A stretch of DNA of 64,000 bases from Calcarisporiella thermophila CBS 279.70 (taxonomy: Eukaryota > Fungi > Calcarisporiellomycota). The notes under the pieces were generated by a model. The model was not told the DNA's origin and searched no databases. It worked only from the letters and a program-made list of their open reading frames with translations. Location of the stretch: the NCBI RefSeq assembly GCF_041956535.1, contig NW_027192204.1:499140-563139 (forward strand), given 5' to 3'. This document shows positions 25,105 to 37,298 of this stretch, piece by piece; position 1 is the first letter of the stretch, and each line of letters starts with the position of its first letter. The translations under genes were made by a program, and so were the position numbers.

Positions 25105-28100
25105 ATGGGGTCATGTGGGGATGAGAACTATCGCCGGGAAACCGCCCATGGTTGATAATTTTATAACATAAATATATTTGTATTGCTATTTTACTGAGCA
25201 AAAACAATTGTTTAGGTCAAGGCGGTCAGTTACTTATCAGTTCAGCTTTTAAGCAAAGCAAGCAGATGACGACCCCCAAAAAGGTGTTGCAAAATCAATC
25301 CATAGCCGACCCCAGTATATTGCCGAAGGGTACTAGTGAGAATGAGCAAGACGACGCCGTAGGAGAGGTAGATATTCTGAAAATCAATGCAATAAGTGAA
25401 GACCTCAAGGAATCCAAGGATTTCGAGTGCAACTTGAAGAACTTGAGTACTGTAGCTCTGCAGCCAGATGAGTTTGGGCAAGAAATCGCAAAAGTTATTG
25501 ATGAGAATGAGCAAATTAGCATCGTACCAGCCAATTTTTACAATGAGCCAAAATCAAAAGTATGCAAAGAGCAAGTCGATACAGAGATGCATGACGCCTC
25601 TCCTGGGGATCTTCTTTGTGTATCCTGTCGTCCTTTAGCACTTCTTGCGGATCGAGATCCATTGAAGCCCTCTCCTCTATGCGCCAACTGTCTCAATAAA
25701 CTTTTCCCGCCCATTAAACTGAGCAAGAGTTCCATAAAAACGCAACCGACAAATGAACCGGTTGCTAGTGCCATATGCGAGTCTTGTGGCACACAGAGTC
25801 AGCTGTGCGAGATAGGGGTTCTTAAATTGTGCGCAGAGTGCGTATCACTCTTTGATATGAAGCAACGACGCACCCAAAGAAACCTGATCAGGAAAGAGGA
25901 TATACCGGTATGCAATACGCCTTCACAGGTTAAACAAGTGAAGAAGCGGCCATCTCCAGCAGAAACTAAACAACCCTTAGTCTCCGAACAGGCTCATCCC
26001 AAGAAACGTCTGCAGCTCTCTACCCCAAAAGAAGCCATCCCCTCAAATCCCGAAAAAACGCCACATCAAATTAGCACTACAGGTGCCTTCCTTACCCGCA
26101 GTACTGCAAAGCAGCTCGCTGGCCCGGGTGGATTTGAACCCAATCCCTATGATTACGAATACCGCCAGCGAGTTGAAGTTCTTGGCTTAGACAAGATCTG
26201 GTATTGCGCACGGTTGGTAGCGATGCAGGGTGGAAAGTTACGTGTACACTACAAGGGGTGGTCAAGTGCAGAAGATGAGTGGGTACCGATGGGAAGCCCG
26301 CGGATAAGAGTGTGCCAAGATCAAAATGGATCACTGACGGAGGAAGAAGAGGCTAATGAGAATAACGTTTTTAGGGTGGATGAGGCTGGAAAGGAGAATA
26401 AGAGTGAAATGTTAGAGGCTAATTCGCCTTTGGTTCGAAGAGGACGTGGAGGAGGGCGTGTTCGTGGTAGAAGACGTTCGAGGGGGCGAGGCCTTAAAAC
26501 GGACACTGGATGCAATCGAGAGCCCGAGAGTAGAAGAGGGAGAGGGCGGGGTCGAGTTGGTAGACCGCCCAAGTCGCTTTCGCTTTCTTTTCGTACGTCT
26601 AGTCCTTCTCAATCCACGCCTCCACCATCGAGCACAAAAATCAATACATTGTCAGAGAATTTCACCACGACCGGTGCATTTATGACCCGTCGTACTTTGC
26701 GTCAACTTCAATCTAGCGACATGACGACACAGAGCGGTTTCGAGTTCAATTCTCGGGGATTCTTCCTCTTGCAGCGTGTAAAAATCCTTGGGATGAATGG
26801 CGTGTGGGATACTGGCACACTGATTGCCATGCACCAAGGCCGGGTTCGTATACGGTTTGACGGGTGGGATCGCTCCTATGATGAATGGGTGCTTGCTGAA
26901 AGTAGGCGAATTCGTGAGCTGAGCGAGGAAGAAGCACTCGCAGATATGCCCCCTGAGATAAATTTGGAAAAAGAGAAAGAGGCTGAAAAAAGGGAAGAGG
27001 AGGAGAGGAGGAGGATAAACACTGTACTGGAGAAAGGAATCGATGAGACTGCAAAAACTCTAAAAGAAATAGCCGGGCTAAGAGAAAGGCAACGTCGTAT
27101 CAAAAAGCATCAACACCACCTGATTGAATCAAAGCCATCCAAGCAGCCTCACGAAGAAGTTAGTGAAGACTACACTACCACGGGCGCTTTTATGACCCGT
27201 CGTGCCATCCGAAAAATCTCAGCCGTTGATGCACTCGGTTTTCGTCTCAAACAGCGCATTCAGATTCTTCACATTGATAAACAATGGTATGATGGTGTCG
27301 TGCAGTCTCATCGCCGAGGGAAAATTAAAGTACATTATCGCGGCTGGGAGAGGCGCTACGACGAATGGATCCCGGCCGATAGCCGTCGGATTCGACTTAT
27401 TTATGATGAGGCGAATGAGGTGCGTATCGGCGACTATAGCGATGATGAGTTTGCTGCGGAGGAGAGCAGCTCTTCGGATTCGGAAGTCCAGATGGAATTC
27501 GATGAGAACGATGAATTTGATGAGATAACTTTTCGCCGTAGACCGGGGCGACCGCGGAATCAGCGCCGTGATTTAGACAGATATATTGCTGTTCGACGAC
27601 AACGCGGTCGAAAGTCGAGGAAGAGGGGAGTAAGGCGACGTACTCAAGGGCAGAAAGTGATCGACGAAGAAGAGCAATATGAAAGCGAGCAGGACGAAAA
27701 TCTGGAGGAAAGCGAAAAAAATCTCGTAATGAGCTTCTGGCAGTACATTCAGAATCGACGTGGCCGCCCCACCGACTCCAACTTGCCTGCGGTGAAAAGT
27801 GACGGAATGTGGCGGTATCTGCGCGGCGGCTTTTTAGAGGATATTCGCCCAAGCGATTTGGCAGCTATTCCTGCTGAGGGCAAGCGAATTGAAGCACAAG
27901 ATCGCTTCGAGCAATGGCGACCAGCGACGTTCCTCGAAATACGTGGGCAACGAGCTCTCGTTCACTATGAAGGACTTGCTCATTTTTATGACGAGTGGAT
28001 TCATCTTCGAAATGACCGATTAAGGGTTGCGCCGCGCCCTCTAGTGGATGATGCTCCACAACGGCCGCGTCGAACGCGTAAAGAAAAGGAGGAGGTGGAA

Positions 28101-31100
28101 GAATTGGAGTATGTTGATGAAAATCAGTCTGATGCCGAAGGTAAACTCTTGTTTAATTTCTTCTTGTGGTGATATTTATACTCAAACTTTTATGCGAATA
28201 AGCTGGCGATGAATGGCGTGTATACTGCAATCGTTGTCGAGTGGTTATTAAACACTTTAGGTTGGTAGTGACCACGGAGGTATAATTTAACTCGGTCCCT
28301 TACGTTTATTTTAAAAATTTGATATAGATACTACTGCACTTATTGCGAGAAGCCATCGGCCGGGGACGACTATGAGAGTTTTGAGCTCTGTCTTAATTGT
28401 TTCTCTAATGATTTCCCTTTCTGGCACCAGCACCCCCGTTCCTCCTTTGCGGCCCAGGCCATTGTTGAGCTGGATTCTTCGGAGCAAAAGAAGCCCACTA
28501 GAGTTGTAGGCGAGGTGGTTTCAACCTACGAAAAAGATGGCTTTGATACCGATTATACAGAGGATACGGAGCCGAGCATTATTCGCCCTGGTGTGGTCCT
28601 TGGTTCTGACCAGGGCTATCTCTATCTTCAGCAATGGCGTAAGCGAAAGATATGTGCATTTTGCAACGACGACGACACCTCAGTCCTGGGCGAGTTTGTC
28701 GGCCCATATCCCTTTGTAACCTGCGTTGTTAATCGCAATGGTCAAATTCAGAAGAAATCGTTTTGGGCCCACGATGCGTGCGCGAGATACTCCCCAGAAG
28801 TACTTGTTTCAAAAGAGGGAGAGTGGTATAACGTCTCCGTGGCATTAAGACGTGGCCGGGCGATGGTACTTATAAACCGCGTTGATTTTCAATGGTCGAT
28901 AATAATGAGTATTGTTGTTAGAAATGTGCCGCCTGTCGAGATAAAGGGGCCACCATTGGGTGCTTCGAGCCAAAATGCAACAAGAGCTACCATATTGCAT
29001 GCACAGAGAAGCCCCTCTGGTTCTTCGAAGATGGGGTTATATTCTACTGCCCACAACATGAGGCACTCTGCAATAAAAATGGTGGGTTTTTAGATCAAAT
29101 GACAGAGATTTTGCCATTTAGTCTTGCTGACATTCTTTTCTAGACGCTTACGAAGAGCTTTTCAACTGTGATGTGTGCAACGTTAAATTACAAGAAGGTA
29201 CATGGTACACATGTACCGGATGCGAGACTTTCTTTTCTACATTTGATTTGTGTAAAGAGGTGAGCACTGCATGCTGTACTATCACTTCCCACCCGTAATA
29301 GATTAATGCTTGCTATAGTGCTTCTCGCAGAAATTCCCAACTGACCACCCTCACGATCAAGACTTTTTCGAAGAAACATGTTAGCTGTTTTCCTCTCGAG
29401 ATTCATTGAACTTTTGTAACTGTTTTTGTTTTTTATAGCTCTAGATATTATAAAGGAACTAGAGGAGGAGCGAGCTGCAAGCATTGCACGTCAAGAGGCC
29501 ACGAAAGGAACTGCTCCAGGTTGCATTGAATGTTCTCGAGATATATATGGCTTTTCTAATAATAATATTTTCTTACGCAATTCTAAACAGCCCAACGGAA
29601 GAAGAGTCTATTTCCAAAGATATCCCGCAAAAAGTCAAACAATATTCATTGCTCCTATTGCTGGGCCACGACATCGGCTTGCTGGCGTAAGGGATTCAGC
29701 GGAGTGCTCATGTGCGAGGCCTGCTTTAAAATGGGGCTTTCCGAACAAGATATTGATCCGCTTGGGGACACTTCTCATCCCGCGGTGGCGGGCGGTTCCG
29801 ATGATCGCTATGCGGCGGCCATCGAGGATTACGCTCATACCCCGTATTTGACAAGAATGTATTGCGCGGCCGATAAATTCGATGACGCCAAATCTCGGGC
29901 ACTCTATCTTGACACGTATGGACCCGCTGAGCACCAGCTGTTTTCGCTACCATTTTCAAGCAGCTACTTCGATATCCCAGGGAGAGCTCCGCGATGGGCG
30001 ACCCATTCCGGCACAGGTGAGATCAGCAGTATCCTTACTAGACTAGATGATCTCCAAACTTAATCTCTATTTTAGATTACCATGGCACTTGGCTCCCTCA
30101 AACTGTACGGCGTACTTTACTGCGATTCACGAGAAAGAATGAAAAGATCTTGTCCAACTTTCTTGGTCGAGGTTGGTGCTTTTGCTATAATTAGTATGCA
30201 TTCTTATTCCCAATTTGCAACTTTTGTATAAATATGCTCCCAGGAACCGATGCGATTGAATCTTTTCTGCTGGGAAGAAAGTAAGTGGAGGTTTTCCAAC
30301 CCATTCATTCGTGACCAATAGACCTCACATAACAAACACGCATACAGATGCTGCGGAGTGGATATCAATCCGGCTGCAGTAGGGCTGTCTCAGCGCAACT
30401 GTTCTTTTGCAATACCCCAGGACCAAGGTATCACTGCCGAGCATCGCCCTATAATAGTGCAAGCCGACTCGCGCAAATTGACTGGCGCACTATTTGAGGA
30501 TGAGGCATATGACCACGTTCTCAGCCATCCTCCTTATAAAGACTGTGTTATTTATTCAACCCATATCGAGGGGGACTTGTCTAGGTAACCCCTTGAATTG
30601 ACTCCGCGGTATCTGCCCCCTAGACTCATTCCTCGCTATTATAAAAATAGCTTCTCTAGTTTGGAAGAGTTCCAAGCCGAAATGGACAAGGTTATTAAGG
30701 AGTCTTGGAGGTAAAGCAGCGTTTTTAAATCCTGTGGATTCGAGTTAATATTTCACACGCGATCTAGATTATTGCGAATGGATCGACGCCTTACGCTGGG
30801 CATTGGTGATAATCGAGAGCGTTGCTTTTATATTCCCGTCGGCTATAAATTGATCCGACAATACATCGATAATGGTTTCGAGCTAGAAGAGCTGGTTGCT
30901 AAGAACTGACCTCTATATTTGACCCCTGCACTTGGTATTGACGACCTTTTCTATTTCTCAGGTGGTGAAGCGCCAGCGGTATTGTAGTGCATTTGGGCTT
31001 GGTACCTACTTATGCGTTCAGTTTGATTTTCTTCTCTTCACGCACGAATTCATCGTCACCTTCAAAAAGATGGAACCAAGCGATGTCTTCAAGTATACCC

Positions 31101-32199
31101 TTTGCCAAAGTAATTTCAGGCTAATATTAGCGACCCCCTTTCTGGCATCACATATCTCTTATATTATCTTAGACGCAAACTGGAGCGAGTTCGTCAAAAT
31201 CACGCGTACTCAGCATGAAATCCCATCCTCTCCCATTACACGGCATAGTGTCATCATGGGCACGGTCTGGACCTTCAAACCTACCCCAGAGTACTCTTTT
31301 GTCCAGCTCTGCTCCTCTAGGATGGTTGAGCGGTTCGGAAAGGACGCGACCAATTGTGAGAAGATCAGCTTGGAGTTTCTAGTCCCCCAGGTAAGGCTTC
31401 AAAAGCTGCAATATTAGGGTTGCATCGTCTAACACCATTATTGGACAGGATAATAAGGACAAGAATGGTCAAGCAAAAGAGCAGAGCTTCGCAAAGGATA
31501 CAGACGAGCCTCTGTCTGAATACGAGAAGAGCCGTTTAGAAAGGATCCGGGAGAATAACCAGATGCTACTCTCGCTGGTATGTAGTGCGGCATCGATATG
31601 TAATAGACAGGTGTATTGATAGCACATTTCTACCCTAGGGATTGATCTCCGAATTGAGCGAAGAATCCGACGATGTGAGCCACTATCTCATCCTCGTTTC
31701 CAAACCGCCCCTCCCCCCCCCAGCGCCCTTGACCATGATCTTGGTTCCGCATGTCTCAAATCAGTTTATGGATCTTGAACACGTTGACAGCTATCGAACG
31801 GCCATATGTGTCCTTGCGGAGGAGGCATGCTCGCGCCTCTCTACAGGCGGATTTTTCATAGTAGGGGCACAAGACGCGCGCTCTCCACCTCCGAAATCTC
31901 GCCTATGGCCGCTCTCCATGCTACTACTGGAGGATATCGGTAAGAAGGTGGGAGAGGAAATGAAGCTGAAGGAGCTGGTCATCACAGTCCCGGATGGCTA
32001 TCAGCAGGATAGAAGGAAGATCACGTCCATCGACGAGCACGTGGAGGAAAATTGCATTCTGGATATGAGGGAGGAGGATGTGGAGCAATTGCCCATTGTC
32101 CATGTAAGTTTCGCCCTTGCTGTTCACTAATAGAATGGATCTATAAAGTCGTTTTTCTTTTTCAACTAGGCATGCTATCTGGTTTTCATGAAGATGTGA
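25105..32199 (+). CDS. Multidomain chromatin reader fused to an N6-adenine/N4-cytosine-type methyltransferase (4x Tudor/chromo-barrel, AT-hooks, ZZ, ePHD, ZZ, GATA, MTase, KRI, inactive MTase); about 18 introns
   Basis: Manual splicing with GT-AG sites keeps one open frame to TGA at 32197-32199. Key motifs: VHYKGW...DEW repeats; CNRC...YCTYC...LCLNCF; WAHDACARYSPEV...CAAC...GATIGC...YHIAC; CSYC-x17-CEAC; WATHSGTDYHGTW, NFLGRGT, GVDIN, SHPPY; YEKSRLERIRENNQMLLSLGLI. The start at 25105 is tentative (alternative 25266). Confidence 0.85.
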
Positions 32200-32477
32200 A
32201 CTTTTTATATACCACGATTATGGATAATATAATATAAAAATGGAATGCCCCTCAATTGCTCTTTTTCCCTTTAAAAAGATCGAATTTACGACTAATAGTC
32301 ACAGCCCAAGTGACTTTTCCAAACTATAAAAACCGAATGCTTAATATTCCGTGATTAACTGGGCTTATTGTGAGTGCAAACAGGATCCATCATCATATCA
32401 GTGGCCCATGCCCGTTCATCACTGACCTGTTTCCAAAGCCTTGCTCTTTATTGATAACAACTTCTGGTGGAATTTTC

Positions 32478-34186
32478 ATGGCGAAGCGAGGAACGCGTGT
32501 GCGTCAACGCTTACGGCGGCGACAGAAGAAACAAAAGGATTCTAACGACAATTCGGAGCGACGAAGACTCATTAATGAAGCTGCCGATCGTCTCGACCTA
32601 CAGAGACTGCGCATGCTGGCAAGAAGTGGCTCGGGCTTCTTGGATAACGCGGGTAGAAGGAGAGCTTGGTAACACTGCCTAGAGATGGTCTCATTGGAAA
32701 TACCATTCTAATTCTCGTGTTATAAGGCCTATACTCTTACGATGTTACCAATACGATGAAGACATTGATCCCATTGGTAATTAGAAAGCGCTTTCTCACT
32801 TTCTAGCACTGTTGAATGGCACACTGCTGGGTTTCTTATAGAAAAGCATCCAGAGGAATACCAAGTAGCACTAGACGTCGAACGATCTTTGAACCATTAC
32901 AGTGGGTGTATGACTACTTCCTGTGACTAAAATATGAGGATATAGGGCTGATTTTATATTTTTAATGTTAGGCCTGGAAGAGGACGAGAAACCTCAAAAG
33001 CGAAAAGAATTGCATGAAGTGATTATGAGTGTGCTGAGACGGCACCCAAAGTTGCATTACTATCAGGTACTCTCCACGCTATTATTCTGTTAGCCTAGAG
33101 GGCCACTAATACTATTGTATTCGCATCGCAGGGTTTCCATGATATATGTACGTGCTTTCTGCTTGTTCTTGGAAAACGCCAGGCAGTTAAGGCCTCCGAA
33201 CATGCTGCTCTCTTCTTCTTAAGATATCCTTTTAGTTTCGCATTTTGCTCTCTTTCTCTTCTCCACCTCTATTTTTTTTTGGATATATTCTCTTAACTAC
33301 CATGCACAGATGCTATGCTTGAGTCCCTAGAGCCCACCATGCGTCAACTTTCTCTCCTCATCTCCATTCTCAAACGAGAGGATGCAGAGATACACCGATT
33401 TCTAGAAGAGTAAATGTCACGAAGCCCTTAGCTTATAGCTTTCATTGGCTGACCCTGCTCTCTTTCTCTCCCACCCTTTCAGGTCAGAGACTCTACCCTA
33501 TTTTTGTATTAGTTGGATATTGACATGGTGTAGCCACGATTTACAAGCGCTCGACAAAGTGGCCAGGCTCTTCGACCTGTTTCTGGCCTCTAATCCCCTT
33601 ATGCCACTCTACGTGGCCTCCGCTGTATGTAATCTACTTTGCCCTTAGTCTTTTTTTTTTTCAAGCAATTTCACACTCTCGAGATATAGGTTGTGCTTAA
33701 CCGTAAGAAAGAGTTACTCCTGTGCGAGAAGGACAGCGCGATGATCCACTCCTTCCTGTCCAAGTTCCCCCAAGATGTCGAGGTGGATGAACTCGTCGCA
33801 CAAGCCCTCGAGCTCTTCTACCGGTATCCACCCCATAAACTGCAGCGAATATCAAAAATTGGCTTGGATGAGACGTAAATAGTTACTTTTCATATCTAGG
33901 AGGTAGAATGTGATCTAAGGAGGCTCCGTCCTATTTCTATAGATCTGCCGTCAACACCTATGACAAGCTTTGGTTTAAACTTGACCCACAAGCGAAACTC
34001 GACCGGGAGGCCGTGATGAACATTCTCTCGCTAGCACCTGCAAACCGTCGGCCGAAACGGCTGGCCTTCTGGGCGCCTCAGTCCAGCAGTGTGGCAATGG
34101 CCTTTATTGCACTGTCGGGAGTGTCAACCGCTGCGGTACTCTTACTCATGGCCACGCAAATGCTTCGGCGTTCCTTGGAACCATAG
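32478..34186 (+). CDS. GYP8: TBC1D20/Gyp8-type Rab GTPase-activating protein with C-terminal transmembrane segment
   Basis: RRRAW|PILL, QVALDVERSL, LHYYQ|GFHDI, LRDAM, PYFCISWILTWCSHDL, RLFDLFLASNPLMPLYVASA, and a hydrophobic C-terminal anchor. Confidence 0.88.
33224..33307 (+). other. U12-type (minor spliceosome) AT-AC intron
   Basis: 5' end ATATCCTTTT; branch-like TTCTCTTAAC at 33288-33297; 3' end CATGCAC. Removal gives in-frame ...LFFLR-DAMLE.... Confidence 0.85.
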
Positions 34187-34292
34187 ATACCATGGAGTTT
34201 TACTTAATGGAACATGAAGGGTTTTATTAATATAATATAAATAAACGTTTTAAAAAGCCACTTCCAACCCAGCAATAAGCACGGGATCAATT

Positions 34293-35743
34293 TCACTTGG
34301 TATGAATGAATTCTCTAATAAGCTGTGTGAAAGTCTCTGCGTTTTCTTCCTGGACAAAATGCCTTTCCTGCTCAAGCTGCACCAGCTTGAGGTTTGGATA
34401 CTTGAGCGAGATATTGGCGAGATTCATCGTGGAGTCCAGCACAAAATCCTTATTGCCCTATTCACGCCAGAGAGGGGTGAGTTAGTTTCGGAAGCCCTCT
34501 TCTCCTTCTTTCTTCTCCCCGAAAGGAAAAAGCTTATGTTACCCAAATGATCATGGTTTTGTACCCGACCGGATTGATCTTGCCCTTTTCTTCGTTTTGC
34601 GGGAGCACGTCCCCCGGAAAGACGATGTTGCGATAATAGTTGATGGGGGGAGTGAGGTCGCCGAAAGACTGGAGGGCCGAGAGATACGGCTCCACCTCCT
34701 CAGGCCTCAGGTGGAAATTGGCCCGGCGAACCATCGAGCTCCCGAATGAGGTTGCATAGAATTCGGGGAGTGGATAGGGAAGCGAAAAGATGAAGACGTA
34801 GAAAAACAGAAGAATCTGCTTCAGGACAATGCACATGCGCTGGATCAGCGCGTGCCGGTAAGCCTTATCGGATGCAAATCGGATCACGTTGGGCAAACTC
34901 TTCAGCTCGCCAAAAGGCGCGCGAATATTGTACCCCAACAGGTCGAGGGCAGGTGCGTTGCATACAACGAGCCGTTGCATATAGCCCTTCTCTCCACTCG
35001 TCTCGCGCACCCACGAGTCTCGCCCCGCCATCGATGCCAAGATGCCTCCCCAGTCGTGGGAGACTATGGTGTGCGCCTCGCCTCCGTAAAACTGGATCAC
35101 ATCGCGAATATCGGCGATAAGGAGGTCGAGGGTATAATCACGCAGGTGCTTCGGCTTAAATGAGCCTCCATATCCGCGCTAACAGTAAGAGTAAATCCAA
35201 AGTCAGCGTTGGCCATAGTAAAAGAGAAGCAAGGGGGGGATGTTCCGATATTTACAAGGTCAACAGCCACAAGACGAAAGCCCTCGTCCTTGAGTGCCTC
35301 CAGCTGATATCTCCACGTGTACCAGCACTACGGATACATCGAGAGTTAGTATGCTTAGCAGACGTGCAAAGACAGGTCGTCCTTTGCCGCAATTCTCATA
35401 CTTGTGGGAAGCCATGCAGGAAGAGGATTAACGGACCATTCGGATCTCCGCCCTCGACCACATGGAACTGCTTGTTGTTCACCGTGATGTATCTGTGTTT
35501 GCCGTAGGGCAGTTCGCCGCTGGTTAGGCTCTCTCTAACTGTGTCGCGATTTAGTAATAATTCCTCGGGTCTTGGATAGCAACGAAGAATTCGACAACAT
35601 TTACCCTTTGAGCGGTCCACCCGCGGCAATGGATTGTGCCCTTTGCACACGAGCAGAAATGCGCGGAAAAGGAAGAGGGCGTAGAAGCAGCTGCCGACGA
35701 ATTGGTAGAGCAGCCGACGAAAAAGGTGCTCCATTTCCGTCAT
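34293..35743 (-). CDS. Alpha/beta-fold hydrolase, epoxide hydrolase (EPHX3/4)-like
   Basis: LILFLHGFPQ|CWYTWRYQL, VAVDL|RGYG, nucleophile motif SHDWGG, PINYYR, WGNKD, and the catalytic-His region HFVQEE. Confidence 0.88.
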
Positions 35744-36275
35744 TACGTTCTATCAGCTGAAAGAGTTTGGAAGGTGTCAATTCGACTCCCGCTACTCGGC
35801 TTTTTTCACTTCGGACGAGGGGGGGCTCAAATAGCGTTAGGGCCGCCAAAGTTTAACTAATCCAGGGCCAGTGTTTCAAATAGACCTTTTCAAAGGTCTT
35901 GTAAGATTTTTATTGATGAACAAGCTCCCCGCCTCAAACATACATATACCCAATCCTACCCACAATGCAATCTAACAGAGGAAACATGATGAAAGCTGTC
36001 ATATAGGTTCTGCTTTTGCACAGCCCCCCTTGCCCCACATCAGATGAAGGCAGCCGATCTATAGGCCTTGCTTTACCCGCGAAGAGCTTGATCTTAAGTA
36101 GCCCACCTGGGAAAGGCTCCCTTGGATATAGCCTCTCTTTTAGAGCATAGGCATCGCAACAGGCTGGGAAATTTGACGCGATCCGAAATAATAAAATTAA
36201 CAGCCACAAATTAGAAGAACTGGGAAAAATAATCAATAGAGCGCTGTGTTGGAAAATCCCCCTCCCCTGCCTGAC

Positions 36276-36962
36276 ATGTCACTGCACCTCCTCACACGCC
36301 GCCTCATTCCAGTCTCCACCATCGCCTCGAGAGGCTTCCGTCCGTACACAAGTAAAACATTCAGTATAAGGTGAGGATCCTCTTTTTCTCACGATCTGGC
36401 CCGCATTCCGATTGCTAACCCCCGCTCGGCGATCCCGGATCCCAGCGAGCTGTCAGACTCCACATATCATAGGCTATCCGAATCAACCCTCCAGCACCTC
36501 ACAGAATACTTTGAGAATCTCGGGGAGAAGACCGATTTCCCCGGCTACGACATCGAGTACGCGGTAAGAGTGCCCTGCTTTCATTCTCAATGATCGATGT
36601 CCCATTGACTCGGGCCCGAGCTTTGTTTACAAATCAGAGCGGCGTCCTTACCCTCAAAGTACCCGTGGGAACCTATGTCATTAACAAGCAGCCACCGAAC
36701 AAGCAGATCTGGTTATCTTCGCCCCTAAGGTATAGTGGGTGCATCCCCGCGATCCTCGGTTGGAAACCCAATGGCTAACTTGACCTCTGTCCGAAACTCT
36801 TCCCTAAACAGCGGCCCAAAACGGTACGACTTCGACCTCGCCCACGCCTGCTGGTTCTACCATCGCGACCACACTACGTTGGACGAGCTGCTAAACCGCG
36901 AGCTGAGTGACGCGCTCAAGCTGAAGGTGGATGTATTTGAAAATTTTGCTCCCGAATCGTAA
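36276..36962 (+). CDS. YFH1: Frataxin (mitochondrial Fe-S biogenesis)
   Basis: Presequence-like N-terminus; YDIEYA|[30 protein letters not shown]|SGPKRYD. Confidence 0.93.
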
Positions 36963-37298
36963 AATAGATCTCTTTTATATATATATATAGAATAATAAAA
37001 ACGAGTAAAGAAAAGAAAAAAAAAAGATTACACTTTAAAAGTACAATGAAGAGGAGAGAGAAAAGAAAAAAAACAAAAAGAAGGAAGGGATAAGTGGAAA
37101 ACGTTTTTGGCAAATACAAATAAAAAAAGACCGAGTCGAATAAAAAAGAGTATCTCAGGTTGTTTTTTAGTATATCAAATTCTTTCAAGTATACCGATGA
37201 CCACGAACAACCCCCCCCAGGAAAAAAAACCCCCGTGAAAACAAGTAGAATAGAGCCAGATAAAAGAAAAAAGGGAAAGAAGAGAGGAGTCCCTTTAA

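Noticed and set aside
31093-31102. GTATACCCTT as a second U12 donor in the MTase gene
   Set aside because: Does not match GTATCCTT; a downstream GTAATT donor (31110) keeps the frame with a normal U2 intron.
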